Shown here: piece after piece, positions 1 to 12,060 of the stretch
How positions within the stretch are numbered: position 1 is the first letter of the stretch
Layout of the letters: every line of letters begins with the position of its first letter
DNA from: Octopus bimaculoides
Taxonomy: Eukaryota
DNA length: 64,000 nucleotides
Direction: 5' to 3'
NCBI RefSeq assembly: GCF_001194135.2
Contig: NC_068984.1
Span: 133,801,496-133,865,495, forward strand
The notes under the pieces: model-generated
Seen by the model: only the letters and a program-made list of their open reading frames with translations
What the model was told of the DNA's origin: nothing
Databases searched by the model: none
Program-made: the position numbers and the translations under genes

Positions 1-85
1 GTCACATGCCATTAAATTTTAGAACCACATGGGCCTTTGTAAAAACCTTTCTGTTCTAAATTATGCTATTATTACAAATAGGTTT

Positions 86-410
86 AAGGTGGTGAGCTGC
101 CAGAATCATTAGCACGTCGGGCAAAATGCTTTGCCGCATTTTGTCCGTCTTCACGTTCTGAGATCAAATTCTGCCGAGGTCGACTTTGCTTTTCATCTTT
201 TCAGGGTTGATAAGTTAAGTACCAGTGAAATACTGGGGTCGATATCATTGACTAGTCTCCTCCCACAACATTTTAGGCCTTGCGCCTCTAGTAGCTTGTC
301 GTTCATCCTTTCGGGGTCGATAAATTAAGTACCAGTTGCGTACTGGGTCGATCTAATTGACTGGCCCCTCCCCCAAAAATTCAGGCCTCATGTCTATAGT
401 AGAAAAGATT
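86..410 (+). mobile_element. tRNA-derived SINE, family M, with partial internal duplication
   Basis: Head AAGGTGGTGAGCTG.CAGAATC.TTAGCAC and core GAGGTCGACTTTGC.TTTCATC.TTTC.GGG.TGATAA..AAGTACCAG; more than 15 copies in this window. Confidence 0.8.
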
Positions 411-764
411 AAGAGCAGGTTATATATAAATTTGTAATTTTGGTTGGGTTTGCAACATGAAGGCAAAACTTAATCTGCCGGACTAAATTAAGCTTTCACA
501 AAGACATTCGGTGTTATTTCCATTGCCAGCACTCAAAGTGTTTGGGACTTTGTGAATCCATTGTGCTTTCCAGCCGTTCATCTTTAAGGTCTTTTACAAC
601 TCTGCAAGTATGGCATTTAATGTTCCAAGTATTCTCGTCCGTTGTCAATTCTTAGCTTGTTCATATTTCTCCGTCGAATACTTCTGCTTCGCGTTCTTTG
701 TGATTGCACTGATTTTTCTGTTTTATAATTACATAAGATGAGCTGGTAAGATGAGCACGCACCA

Positions 765-1185
765 CGGAGCGGTGAGCTGGTAGAATCGTTTGCACACTGG
801 GCGAAGTGCAAAGCGGCTGCAGCATTTCGTCCGTCTTTACGTTCTGGTTTCAAAAGCCGCCGAGGTCGACAAAATAAGTACCAGTTGAATATTGGTTTCG
901 ATATAATTGACCCCCCCCCCCCCAAAAAAAAAATTGCTGTGCTAAAATCTGAAATCATTATTACATAAGGTGGCCACTAGTAGAATCGTTAACAAATCGG
1001 ACAAAACGCTTAGCGAAATTTCTTCCGACACATTACGTTCTGAGTTCAAATTCTGTCAGGTTTACTTTACCTTTCATTCTTTTGTGGCCGATAAAATAAG
1101 CATCAGTGGAGCACTGGGGTCGATGTAATCGACTTAATCCCTCCCCACAGATTTCAGGCCTTGTGTCTATTTTAGAAAGGATTCT
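765..1185 (+). mobile_element. Two degenerate family M SINE copies
   Basis: Heads at ~767 and ~967; GAGGTCGAC / AAGTACCAG core motifs. Confidence 0.7.
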
Positions 1186-1269
1186 TCTTCTTCTTCTTCT
1201 TAATGATACAGTTACTTTTGACTCGAGTCGAACTGCATGTTTTGTTGAAAGCATCGTTGTCTCTTTTCG

Positions 1270-2130
1270 TAATAAACGATTTTTTTTAGCGATTTTTCTT
1301 TGATGGCGGATACTCCCGTTTTGATATATTTCTGTAATATTTGCATATCTCTCTTTTTGAAATGTGTGCCTTTTTGTTTTTTTTAATTTTCTGAATAATT
1401 TAGAGACGTATTATTTTCCACGGTTGTTGTGATATTCCTACATGAACAGACGTGACCAAGTACCCATTCTTCTTCGTAACCACTGTCGCGAGTACATATA
1501 TTATTTGATTTATCCTGGTGATATTGATGCTTATGTTTGTTTTTATTAATACTACGACGATTACTTAGCGCATTTTATTGTTGTTATTTCCTAGTTAGGA
1601 TATTTCCTCCCGTTTGCCTGTGTGAAAAGCGTTTATAAATTTTAATAATCTATTTTTATATCCATAACTTTCTATTTTTTATTAATTTTCGTCTGTGTGT
1701 TTCTGGTTCGGTCTTTGTTGGCCAGTATTCTGTTAGAATGATAGAGTTGATTTTTGTGTATTGGCATTTATTGGTTTAGTTTGACTAAGTTAGGAATAAC
1801 GTACATTAGTTACGTTCTCAATGCTTTAATATTTTTAATCACGTTGTTAGCATTTTGTTCCGTTTGGATCAGGTTTAGCTGTTCGAATTCAAAGCCAATT
1901 TCTTGTCAGAATTTTGTGACTACAGATAAAACCAATTTAAATCCATTTGCTATTACTTTGTCGTTTATAGTCCACAACGTAGCCATCATCTGAACTGGAA
2001 AAGTATTGTGTAACATTTACGACCGGTTTTATATATTGCTTCCTGACGTTTAGGATGCTCTCCGAGAGATGCGCGGTCGTTGGGTGTTGGATTTATTGTG
2101 TAGTATGTGATGTTGTTTTGTAGGTTTCTC
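1270..2130 (-). mobile_element. Highly degenerate non-LTR retrotransposon ORF remnant (R4/Dong-like N-terminal region)
   Basis: Minus-strand peptides such as RINQIIYVLATVVTK and QPWKIIRL resemble the pre-RT region of R4-type ORFs; many stops and frameshifts. Confidence 0.4.
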
Positions 2131-2140
2131 GTATAGTTGT

Positions 2141-2616
2141 AGGCGACGCTGTGGGGTCAAGAAGCTCGTTTTGCAACCACGTGGTTTCCGGTTCCGTCCC
2201 ACTGCACGCACCTGGGTCGACAAATGCGAGTGAATTTGGTAGTTGGAAACTGTATAGATGCCTGTCTTATATATATATATGAGGCTATATATGGATAAAT
2301 TATACAGGCCTGTAGCGTACGAGCACTCAGTTATGATCAGGGTTCTCTATACAGAACCCTGATCATAACTGTCGATCATATTAAAACCAAATATGCTGAA
2401 TAATTGACTGTAGAAAAAAAATACAGATGTACTGATCTTCGTGTTCATTGTAATTGTTTTTGCTCCTATAACTTAGTAGTTTGGCACAAATAACCGATAG
2501 AATAAGAATCAGACTTTAAAGTAAGTACTGGGATCGATCTGTTCGACTAAACCCCTGCAAGTCAGTGCCCCAGCATGGCCGCAGTTTAGTGACAGAAACA
2601 AGTAAAAGATAAAAGA
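2141..2616 (+). mobile_element. tRNA-derived SINE, family C (CORE-like), degenerate and interrupted
   Basis: GCAACCAC.TGGTT.CCGGTTC.GTCCCACTGC head; tail GATAGAATAAG...CCCAGCATGGCCGCAG...GAAACAAGTAAAAGA. Confidence 0.65.
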
Positions 2617-2743
2617 TATCAAAGTTTATGGAATTTAGTTCTGCCACTCTTTAGACCAATACCACCGAGTCATATGTTATCGCTGGTAGGTGGAACAAGT
2701 GTTCTGGCAGCTGGGATGAGCTTTTAGTATTTTTTACTTTGTA

Positions 2744-3097
2744 AGGCGGTGAGCTGGCCAGAAACGTTAGCACGCCGAGCGAAATGCTTAGCAGCATTTC
2801 GTCTGCCGTTACATTCTGAGTTCAAATTCCTCCGAGGTCGACTTTGCCGTTCGTCCTTTCCAGGTCGATAAATTAAGTACCAGTTACGCTCTGGGATCGA
2901 TATAATCGACTTAATCCCTTTGTCTGTCCTTGTTTATGTTTAGCCCCTTGTGGGCAATAAAGAAATAAGAAACGTTAGCACGCCGGGCGAAATGCTTAGT
3001 GGTATTTCGTCTGTCTTTACGTTCTGAGTTCAAATTCCGCCGAAGTCGACTTTGCCTTTCATCCTTTCGGGGTCGATAAATTAAGTACCACTTGCGT
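2744..3097 (+). mobile_element. Family M SINE dimer, truncated by the adjacent foldback element
   Basis: Two tandem units joined through AAAGAAATAAGAAACGTTAGCAC; stops abruptly at 3097. Confidence 0.8.
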
Positions 3098-3098
3098 A

Positions 3099-3304
3099 AA
3101 CACTTTTATAAACAAACGTTGAAGCGTCGAGTGAGCTGGTATTTTAGAAATGGAGGGAACCTCGAACGCAGGAGAATAGCTGTGAAAACAGGTAAGGGTA
3201 TTTCAGCCGATCCTCTAAGCTGTTTTCACAGCCATTCTCCTGCGTTCGCGGTTCCCTCCATTTCTAAAATACCAGCTCACTCGAAGTTTGTTTATAAAAG
3301 TGTT
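3099..3304. repeat. Foldback / hairpin element (MITE-like)
   Basis: 3099-3191 is the reverse complement of 3220-3304 (~85 bp near-perfect, one ~8 nt indel) with a 28 nt spacer. Confidence 0.85.
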
Positions 3305-3687
3305 CTCACATTCCAAACGCTATTGCTTAGCGGTGTAAATGACGGGATCTGTTGTCAGGGGGTGTTTAGCTCAATGATACAGAGCGTTCGACTGGAATTT
3401 GAGAGGTACAGAGTTCGATTATCTGTAACGGTTTGCATTTGAAATGTCCTTTATTTCTAAAATACAGTTGTATGTGTCACTGCACCAACTCTAATACTCA
3501 AATGTACACGGTATTTTGTTTCGAGGGAGTAGCTTGGTGTTTGAGTTACATCTCGCTTGTTATGCTTCATGATTATACGACTCTTTCTCTCTCTCTCATA
3601 CACATACACGCATAAGACAACAAGCTAGCATGCATATAGAGTCGATTTTATTTTAAAAAAATTAATTGTATTTCTTATCATTTATAG

Positions 3688-3797
3688 ATATAACTGTGTT
3701 TGTCTGTCGACTGTCAATGATGGAAAACTGGAACAAAAGCTTGGCTGACCAATCATCTGAATTCTTCAAATCTACTACGAAGCGTTTCATACGATCG
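3688..3797 (+). CDS. Exon A of SEA-Fz-LDLa mosaic (corin-like) gene: SEA domain N-terminal part
   Basis: tttatag| acceptor and |gtgagt donor; phase 1 to 0; (D)ITVFVCRLSMMENWNKSLADQSSEFFKSTTKRFIRS fits the SEA pattern L.D..S.EF......F. Confidence 0.85.
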
Positions 3798-3954
3798 GTG
3801 AGTAGCGTAGTATTTTATTCTCTTAATCCACACTTTTTCGACATCTTAAATGCGTAAACTTTATCGGCTGGCACCTTATTGCACCCCAAACTTTGACATC
3901 TTTTCTGCGTAAACTGTTTATATATATAAAGTGTCTTTATTTAATTCTATGTTA

Positions 3955-4110
3955 TGACTGTATGGTTAAGAAGTTTAATTTGCTACCATGTGGTTTTGGG
4001 TTCAGTCCCACTACGTCGCCCCTTGGGCAAGTGTCTTCTACTAGAGTCCCAGACCCACCAATGCCTTGTGAGTGAATTGATTGACGGAAACTGTGTGGAA
4101 GCCCGTCGTG
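3955..4110 (+). mobile_element. Family C SINE, 5' part
   Basis: GGTTCAGTCCCACT.CG...CCCTTGGGCAAGTGTCTTCTACTA...CCTTGTGAGTG...GACGGAAACTG. Confidence 0.75.
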
Positions 4111-4229
4111 TATATAATATATAATATATATAATGAAGCGTTAGCGCGAAACAGTTATTAGGAATGAGAAAAGTTTAGGCTAGTTGATGATGATAATGAT
4201 GATGACGATGATCATGTTGACGATGATCC

Positions 4230-4600
4230 TTTCTACAATAGGTATAAGGTCTGAATCTTTGGTGGGGAGGGGCTAGTTAATTATATCGACTCCAGTGTAC
4301 AACTGGTATTTATTTTGTCGACCCCAAAGGGATGAAAGGCAAAGTCGACCGTGGCGAAATTTGAACTTAGAACGTAAAGACAGACGAAACGCCGCTTAGC
4401 ATTTTGCCCGGGGTACAAGCGATTCTGCCAGTTCGCCGCTTTAACAACAACAACAGCAGCATCAGCAGCAGCAACAACAACAATAACAACAACTACAGCA
4501 GCAGCAGCAGCAGCAACAACAATAAGCCTTTCTACTATAGGCACAAGGCCTGGAATTTTGTTGGGGCAGAGACGGTCAACTACATCGACCTCGACGGAAC
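4230..4600 (-). mobile_element. Family M SINE copies with (CAA/CAG)n runs
   Basis: Reverse-complement core CGACCCC.AAGGGATGAAAGGCAAAGTCGACC. Confidence 0.7.
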
Positions 4601-4733
4601 GACTAATTCTCTCGGTGTCGGTAAAATAAACGTCAGTCAAATACTGAGACCGATGTAATCAACTTTCCCCTCCCCTCAAAAAGAAAAAAACTTTGGCCCA
4701 GTGCGAAAATTTGAAACCATTACAACAACAACA

Positions 4734-5390
4734 GGATCTATTTTAAAACGGGGGCGCCAGTTTTCATTTATGTTTTATGTAGTGTTTTTGGTACGGAAAG
4801 ACTTTCAAACTTCGTATACTTATCTATTTTGTGTTATAGAACAGAAAAATATTTTTGTATTCGAATTTATTTCATGTAAAAAATTGTCTTATTTCGATAA
4901 TTTCTACTAATCACTGACGTCTATTCAGTTGAAAACAGTTAGCGCTGTAACGGTGTATATCGTATTAATTCCCTAACCCTAACACTAACCCTAACTAGAC
5001 TGTTAACCGTAACTGTAACCGTAACCCTAACTCGAGAATCCGAACTCTAAAATTGTTACACACATAGATACGCACAGCGTAATTTATTATATAAACAATA
5101 TATGCGTATAAATTACGATTAAACCGGATGAAATATGTCACAGGGAATAACATTTTTATGCCCGCCCAGCAGTAACTCTTATTGAGCTGAATATACGTCA
5201 GTGATTGGTTGAAATTACAGAAATACGACAACTTTAACATGGAATAACTTGCGAATTCCTTTTTTTTTGTTAAGAAGACTAAGAGTAAAAGATGTTTTAT
5301 ATGACACATTCTACCAGTGTCCCAAGTTTCAAAGTGTTTCGTTAGTGTTTCGTTAAGAAAATACTGGCGCCCCCGTTTTAAAATAGATCC
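4734..5390 (+). mobile_element. Non-autonomous DNA transposon (MITE) copy A, Merlin-like termini
   Basis: 28-bp TIR GGATCTATTTTAAAACGGGGGCGCCAGT; 8-bp TSD CAACAACA (4726-4733 / 5391-5398); internal (TAACCC)-like tract and a ~54 bp internal inverted repeat. Confidence 0.9.
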
Positions 5391-5414
5391 CAACAACACG
5401 TAAACGTCGCCCTT

Positions 5415-5700
5415 TCAAAGCCTAGCCAGGCTCATGGGCCCGGTTTCTATGGCGTATGTGTTCCCCCCCAGCTGGACGGGACGCCAGTCCATCGCAGCGT
5501 TACTCAAGAAACAGGAAGTAAGAGTGAGAGAAAGTTGGAGCGAAAGAGTACAGCAAGGTTCGCCACCATCCCTTGCCGGAGCCTCGTGGAGTTTAGGTGT
5601 TTCGCTCAATAAACACACACAACGTCCGGTCTGGGAATCGAAACCGCGACCCTCCGACCGCGAGTTCGCTGCCCTAACCACTGGGCCATTGCGCCTCCAC
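5415..5700 (-). mobile_element. tRNA-derived SINE, family R variant
   Basis: Minus-strand head GTGGAGGCGCAATGGCCCAGTGGTTAGGGCAGCG...GGTTTCGATTCCC (A-box/B-box-like); 3' body differs from the 9.4 and 12.1 kb copies. Confidence 0.75.
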
Positions 5701-6815
5701 ACAACAACAACAACAACAACAACAATAGCAACAACAATAATATCTAGAATTGGAAACAAACAAAGCTAATTTTATATGGAATGTTCTCCATAAGACCCTA
5801 TTTGGTATTTATTGTGCAAACTTCACACACACACACAACAAAACAAAGACAACATAAATCTCAAATATTTACTGTATAGCACTACGAGAAAATCAATAAG
5901 ACGCGATTTCTTTTTTTTACGAAAACAACCTGAAATTGCAATGCAAATAACATTTCAACCGAATTCCCATGTTACCTACTTGAGTTTAATTTGTTTAAAA
6001 CTCTTTCGACATTACAAGAGTCAATGCGATTTGTGAAGTTGGACAAGATGGCTTCTCTTTCTGAATGAACTGATTCAAGACTACAAAGACCTGGCAGGTT
6101 TGTAACTCGAGTGTGGACCTAATAAAGATAACATATTGATACAAACTGACGGCTACATTTGGTTGGAATTAAATTCAACTGCTTTTATACTTNNNNNNNN
6201 NNNNNNNNNNNNNNNNNNNNNNNNNNNNNNNNNNNNNNNNNNNNNNNNNNNNNNNNNNNNNNNNNNNNNNNNNNNNNNNNNNNNNNNNNNNNNNNNNNNN
6301 NNNNNNNNNNNNNNNNNNNNNNNNNNNNNNNNNNNNNNNNNNNNNNNNNNNNNNNNNNNNNNNNNNNNNNNNNNNNNNNNNNNNNNNNNNNNNNNNNNNN
6401 NNNNNNNNNNNNNNNNNNNNNNNNNNNNNNNNNNNNNNNNNNNNNNNNNNNNNNNNNNNNNNNNNNNNNNNNNNNNNNNNNNNNNNNNNNNNNNNNNNNN
6501 NNNNNNNNNNNNNNNNNNNNNNNNNNNNNNNNNNNNNNNNNNNNNNNNNNNNNNNNNNNNNNNNNNNNNNNNNNNNNNNNNNNNNNNNNNNNNNNNNNNN
6601 NNNNNNNNNNNNNNNNNNNNNNNNNNNNNNNNNNNNNNNNNNNNNNNNNNNNNNNNNNNNNNNNNNNNNNNNNNNNNNNNNNNNNNNNNNNNNNNNNNNN
6701 NNNNNNNNNNNNNNNNNNNNNNNNNNNNNNNNNNNNNNNNNNNNNNNNNNNNNNNNNNNNNNNNNNNNNNNNNNNNNNNNNNNNNNNNNNNNNNNNNNNN
6801 NNNNNNNNNNNNNNN

Positions 6816-7270
6816 TACTATAGCCTCGGTTCAACCAAAACCTTGTGAGTAGATTTGGCAGACAAAAACTGAAAGAAGCTCGTCGTATACATACATACGT
6901 ACATACATACATACATACATACATACATACATGGATCCTGTTTAGAAACCGGTTCTTTCTCTATTGGCAAGAAATCTTGAAATAAACTGAATAATGACAT
7001 ACATATGTGTATGTGTGTGTGTGTGTGTGTGTGTGTTTGGATGTGTGCGTGCATATATCTGCGTATTTGTGCCTGTCTTCCACCACCGCTTGACAAACGC
7101 TGTCAATTTGTTAAAGTTCTCGTTACGTAGCGGTTCGGCATAAGATCCCCATAGAATACGTTTGAGGCTTTAGAAAAAAGTACAAGGGTCGATTCTTTCG
7201 ACTAAAACTCTTCAAGGCGGTACCCCAGCATGGCCTCAGTTCGATGACTGGAACACGTAGAAGATAAGAG
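6816..7270 (+). mobile_element. Family C SINE (5' end lost in gap) with internal (TACA)n/(TG)n
   Basis: CTATAGCCTCGG..CAACCAAAACCTTGTGAGT and tail CCCAGCATGGCC. Confidence 0.7.
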
Positions 7271-7547
7271 ATAAACGATGTATTCTTTCAACAAAATATT
7301 TCTTTAAAAGAAAACCAAAAACAGTTGCAACTTTACTTTCAGTCATTTTTGACGATGGAACTCGAAGTGGATAAAGCTATAAATAATAGCATGTAAATAT
7401 TGCGTTAAAAACCACCTTGGATGGAAAAAGTGGACGGTTAGAAGATATGTGTTCAAGCCCCAAAGATAGACTTCGAACCTTCGACCATTTCCATCCAAGG
7501 GGCTTTTAAAACCCAATATTAACATACTTTTATCTATAGCTTTATCG

Positions 7548-7765
7548 AGGCGGCGAGCTGGCAGAATCGATAGTACACCGGACAATATGTTTAGCGGCAT
7601 TTCATCCGTCTTTTACGTTCTGAGATGAAATTCTGCCGAGGTCGACTTTGCCTGTCATCGTTTCAGGTTCGATAAAATAAGTACCAGTTGAATACTGGGT
7701 CGATGTAATCGACTTGCCCTCTGCCCCGAAATTACTGCCCCTTGTGTCACTGTTTGAAACCATTA
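7548..7765 (+). mobile_element. Family M SINE
   Basis: GAGGCGGCGAGCTGGCAGAATCG head and conserved core. Confidence 0.8.
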
Positions 7766-8398
7766 TTTATAACTTTAACGAATTCCATCATTATTGAAAA
7801 ATAAAACTACAAAAAAAAAAAATCAACAAAAACCACGAAACAAAACAAAATAAAACAAAAAAGAGTGATTTATCACCGGAATTTTCTAAACGCTTGTAAA
7901 TAATTTTATTTTTATTTCTTTAATCAGTTATCTGGGTTTTTTTTTATTAACGAGGCTATTCGGATCATTTGGCAGCTGTTAATAGAGACTTTCAATGTCA
8001 CATTTTAAGATTTATTCTATTTTCAAATGGCATCTACAAGTATTTCAGGCTGCGATGTTCAAACACATTGTTATTGGCTGAACAAAACAGAATTAAAACT
8101 GAGAAGTCGTAAATTTGTCTCTCAGATAATAATTTTTTTATAATGGAAATTAATTCTCAGTTTCTGCCATCTCTCAAACTTTCAAATTATTTTTCATGTT
8201 TGGATTGATTTAATCATGGGAATGAAATGTTTATGTTTTGTAATTGGAATAAGAAACTCGAAGTCTCATGTTATTTGTAAAAACTTGAAAGCCGAATTCC
8301 ATTGTACTGTTACAACCAGAATTTTGAACAACTTATCAAAAGTAAATACAATTACAAATGGCATCATTTTTTTTTGCATCAGCTCTTCATATTTTCTG

Positions 8399-9231
8399 GG
8401 ATCTATTTCAAAACGGGGGCGCCAGTATTTTCTTAACGAAACACTAACGAAACACTTTGAAACTTGGGACACTGGTAGAATGTGTCATATAAAACATCTT
8501 TTACTCTTAGTCTTCTTAACAAAAAAAAGGAATTCGCAAGTTATTCCATGTTAAAGTTGTCGTATTTCTGTAATTTCAACCAATCACTGACGTCTATTCA
8601 GCTCAATAGAGTTACTGCTGGGCGGTCATAAAAATGTTATTCCCTGTGACATATTTCATCCGGTTTAATCGTAATTTATACGCATATATTGTTTATATAA
8701 TAAATTACGCTGTGCGTATCTATGTGTGTAACAATTTTAGAGTTCGGATTCTAGAGTTAGGGTTAGTTTTAGGATTAGGGTTACGGTTAACAGTCTAGTT
8801 AGGGTTAGGGTTAGGGGATTAATACGATATACACCATTACAGCGCTAACTGTTTTCAACTGAATAGACGTCAGTGATTAGTAGAAATTATTGAAATAAGA
8901 CAATTTTTTACATGAAATAAATTCGAATACAAAAATATTTTTCTGTTAATTTCCGAAAGATAAAAAGAATTGTCAACTTTTATTATATCCATTATATAAA
9001 TTGTTTCCGGTATAAATTAATATTACTAAGAAATATTACCGGTTCCTGGCACGTTTGAAAAAAAAAAAAAAAAAGAAAGAAACCTGCCGGTACGCCACAT
9101 CAGAGAGTTTGAGAAGCACTGATCTAAACCATACAAAATAGATAAGTATACGAAGTTTGAAAGTCTTTCGGTACCAAAAACACTACATAAAACATAAATG
9201 AAAACTGGCGCCCCCGTTTTAAAATAGATCC
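8399..9231 (-). mobile_element. MITE copy B (inverted relative to copy A) with ~185 bp captured insert
   Basis: Same 28-bp TIR; 8-bp TSD ATTTTCTG (8391-8398 / 9232-9239); near-identical to the reverse complement of 4734-5390 except for the insert at 8948-~9135. Confidence 0.9.
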
Positions 9232-9351
9232 ATTTTCTGTTCCTTGAATGGTGTTTATGTTTGTATTTTTCCATTTAACAGAATTCGTACTTAGTTTTGA
9301 TATGAACTAGTAATCACATTTGCAGTGGAAGAAATTGTTGCTGACTATTTG

Positions 9352-9733
9352 TTGTTGGCATTCTGTCGCTTACGACGTCGAGGGTTCCAGTTGATCCGAT
9401 CAACGGAACAGCCTGCTCATGAAATTAACGTGCAAGTGGTTGAGCACTCCACAGACACGTGTACCCTTAACGTAGTTCTCGGGGATATTCAGCGTGACAC
9501 AGTGTGACAAGGCTGACCCTTTGAATTACAGGCACAACAGAAACAGGAAGTAAGAATGACAGAAAGTTGTAGTGAAAGAGTACAGCAGGGTTCGCCACCA
9601 TCCCCTGCAGGAGCCTTGTGGAGCTTTAGGTGTTTTCGCTCAATGAACACTCACAATACTCTGTCTGGGAATCGAAACCGCGATCCTATGACCGCGAGTC
9701 CGCTGCCCTAACCATTGGGCCATTGCGCCTCCA
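9352..9733 (-). mobile_element. Family R SINE, full length
   Basis: tRNA-like head at the 9733 end; ~380 bp collinear with 12061-12437. Confidence 0.85.
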
Positions 9734-10842
9734 CGTTGCTAACTATACATCTAAAATATTAAGCAAGAAAAAAAAAGAAAAAGGTTTTAACGATGCCGTT
9801 TTGACAGCCGGCATTTTAATCCACCCTAATCCCATGTCTTATTTGGCAAGAGACTAGGAGCTGGTAGAGCTAAATACTTTTTATGAAGGCACAGGAAATC
9901 CTATTCTCTCTCTTACTTACTTGACAAGGGAATGTCTTTCTTTGAGCCTGATTTTTTATTCTGGCAGATAAGTTAGGACCTATTTTGCTCGCATTTCATT
10001 CTCTCTTGATAGACGTTAACTCCTATCTCGTTATAGTCTCGTGAGGATTTATATATATATATATGTGCATTTACCGTATTTGCTGGCAGCATAAAAAACG
10101 CCCTTAAAAAAAATGTTTCCCCCAAAATCATCTCGGATTCTATATGCGAAGTTGAGCCTATATTATATGCTTTAAAGCACTAAAACCATTTTATCTGAAT
10201 ATGCGCAGATGAAGTCAGTGTCTAATGTACCCGTGCGCCTTTAACGCCATCAAATATAGTGAGGCATTTTTTCCGTTGAATGACCTTTTATCAATCGGTT
10301 CATATGTAGTCCGATAGATATCGTCTGAAACAAAAGTCTTTGATCATAGGTCAACTCAATTAGCATTGGCTTGCAACTTAAGAGCCTCAGCGGCAATAAT
10401 GGAAAGATAGTTTCAACCTTGCAATGAGATTGCTGAAAATCTTCATAATCCATTGGATTGCCAGTTTTAGGACAGCATATATTGTGACATTCTACCAGAT
10501 CGAACCCATTCCTCTCAAGACATTATTAAATGACTTGAACTCAGCTCTTCAGACTAACAAAATACTTAGAAATTTTACAGTGCTCTTTCTGCCAGCAACA
10601 ATGAAACAGTGATCTATAGTGGTATACATTTATAGTTTGGTGAACTGGGAAAGCAAAACAGCACTTTTGTTCACGAATACAATACAACACCGATAACATG
10701 AAATGATTAATGACTCCTTCAGTTGTTTCTTTAGTCCGCAACAGATTCGGTCGGCTGCTACACACAATAGCTTGATTAGATCTAAGACCAAACACTTCGA
10801 TAATAATTTGTTGTTTCCGTTTTTTTCCCCCCTTTTCTCCAG

Positions 10843-10904
10843 ATGGATGAAGTTTATAGTAAGAAAAATGAACACTACATCGGTACCGAAGTGGTAGAAT
10901 TTAG
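10843..10904 (+). CDS. Exon B of SEA-Fz-LDLa gene (SEA middle)
   Basis: Long pyrimidine tract ttttttccccccttttctccag| and |gtgagt donor; phase 0 to 2; MDEVYSKKNEHYIGTEVVEF(S). Confidence 0.85.
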
Positions 10905-11093
10905 GTGAGTAGATCCTTAACAATGATAATAATGCTAGTCGTGTTGATGATTATGGTGTTGCTGTTGTTAGTATTGTTGGTGATAATGATAAATTATGCT
11001 GTTTCTGATGGTGATGGTAATGATAATGATATCAAATGATTATGCTAACGGTGACGTCGTTAATGATAGTATTACTTCGTTCAAAATGAAGAC

Positions 11094-11272
11094 AATTTCC
11101 GAAAGATAAAAAGAATTGTCAACTTTTATTATATTCATTATATAAATTGTTTCCGGTATAAATTAATATTACTAAGAAATATTACCGGTTCCTGGCACGT
11201 TTGAAAAAAAAAAAAAAAAACTGCCGGTACGCCACATCAGAGAGTTTGAGAAGCACTGATCTAAACCATACA
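11094..11272 (+). repeat. Segment duplicated inside MITE copy B; includes a hAT/Charlie-like terminus
   Basis: Near-identical to 8948-9135; ends ...GAGTTTGAGAAGCACTG (reverse complement CAGTGCTTCTCAAAC, Charlie-type end) plus shared flank ATCTAAACCATACA. Confidence 0.8.
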
Positions 11273-12060
11273 GAATTTTAGTTTCACCGTTGTCACATGT
11301 TTTACTGTAGCCACCAAATATTTTAAACTAGCTAAAAACGGCTCCCAGTCAATCAATCCCAGTAGAGAAAGTTAACACGATATTTGCCGAATATATAGTA
11401 CTCTCCTAATCTCTACAGTAGTGAATTGTAGTGATATTTATTTAAACTAGCTAAAATTGGTTCCCAAACAAGTATTCTAGATAGCTTAACAAAAATATAT
11501 AATAAAATGCACGTATGATTAAATGCATGCTATCAAATTTGACGCCGTGAACCGAGAACAACTTCTAATGAATTAAAATTACAATCGTAATGTAATATCT
11601 ATAAATACTGATGAAACTTTTTTCTTCAGGAGCCAGGTTTAAAACTATACAGGTAGCGGGCGACGAGTCTGATTTTTGGTAGTTATACTAACAACACCAT
11701 ATGTCTGGGTTTTATTGGACCGTTTCAGCAAAGCATAGTCAAACACAAAGCTTGTTGGTGACAGAATTATTTAGAAAGTTCATCGTTTTTGCATGAAGAA
11801 AAACTCATTGAGTTGTGATTAACAAACTTAAAATGATAACATTCGGAGATATCACTCGAGTGATTTCCGTGTGAAGAACATATAATTAAATACAAGCAAC
11901 TAGCAACTAGACGTGGTGAGCCTGAAATAACTTTTAATCAATATATATATATATATAAAACTTACTTGGAAAAGGATGCGTGGCGTTCGATCATACAATA
12001 ATATAAATAATATATAAATATATGCATATATCCATACATACATGTACATACCTAAATCTG

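Noticed and set aside
610-741. Hydrophobic 43-aa ORF as the missing TM exon
   Set aside because: It ends in a stop with no usable in-frame donor and lies between SINEs.
2655-2685. Possible upstream exon TNTTESYVIA (ag|...G|gtaggt, phase 0 to 1)
   Set aside because: Phase-compatible with exon A, but only 31 nt with no domain support; such sites arise by chance.
4973-5030. (TAACCC)-like tract as an interstitial telomere or fusion site
   Set aside because: It is internal to the MITE and present in both copies.
5640-5700. tRNA genes at SINE heads
   Set aside because: A/B-box-like but no complete cloverleaf, and they continue into SINE bodies.
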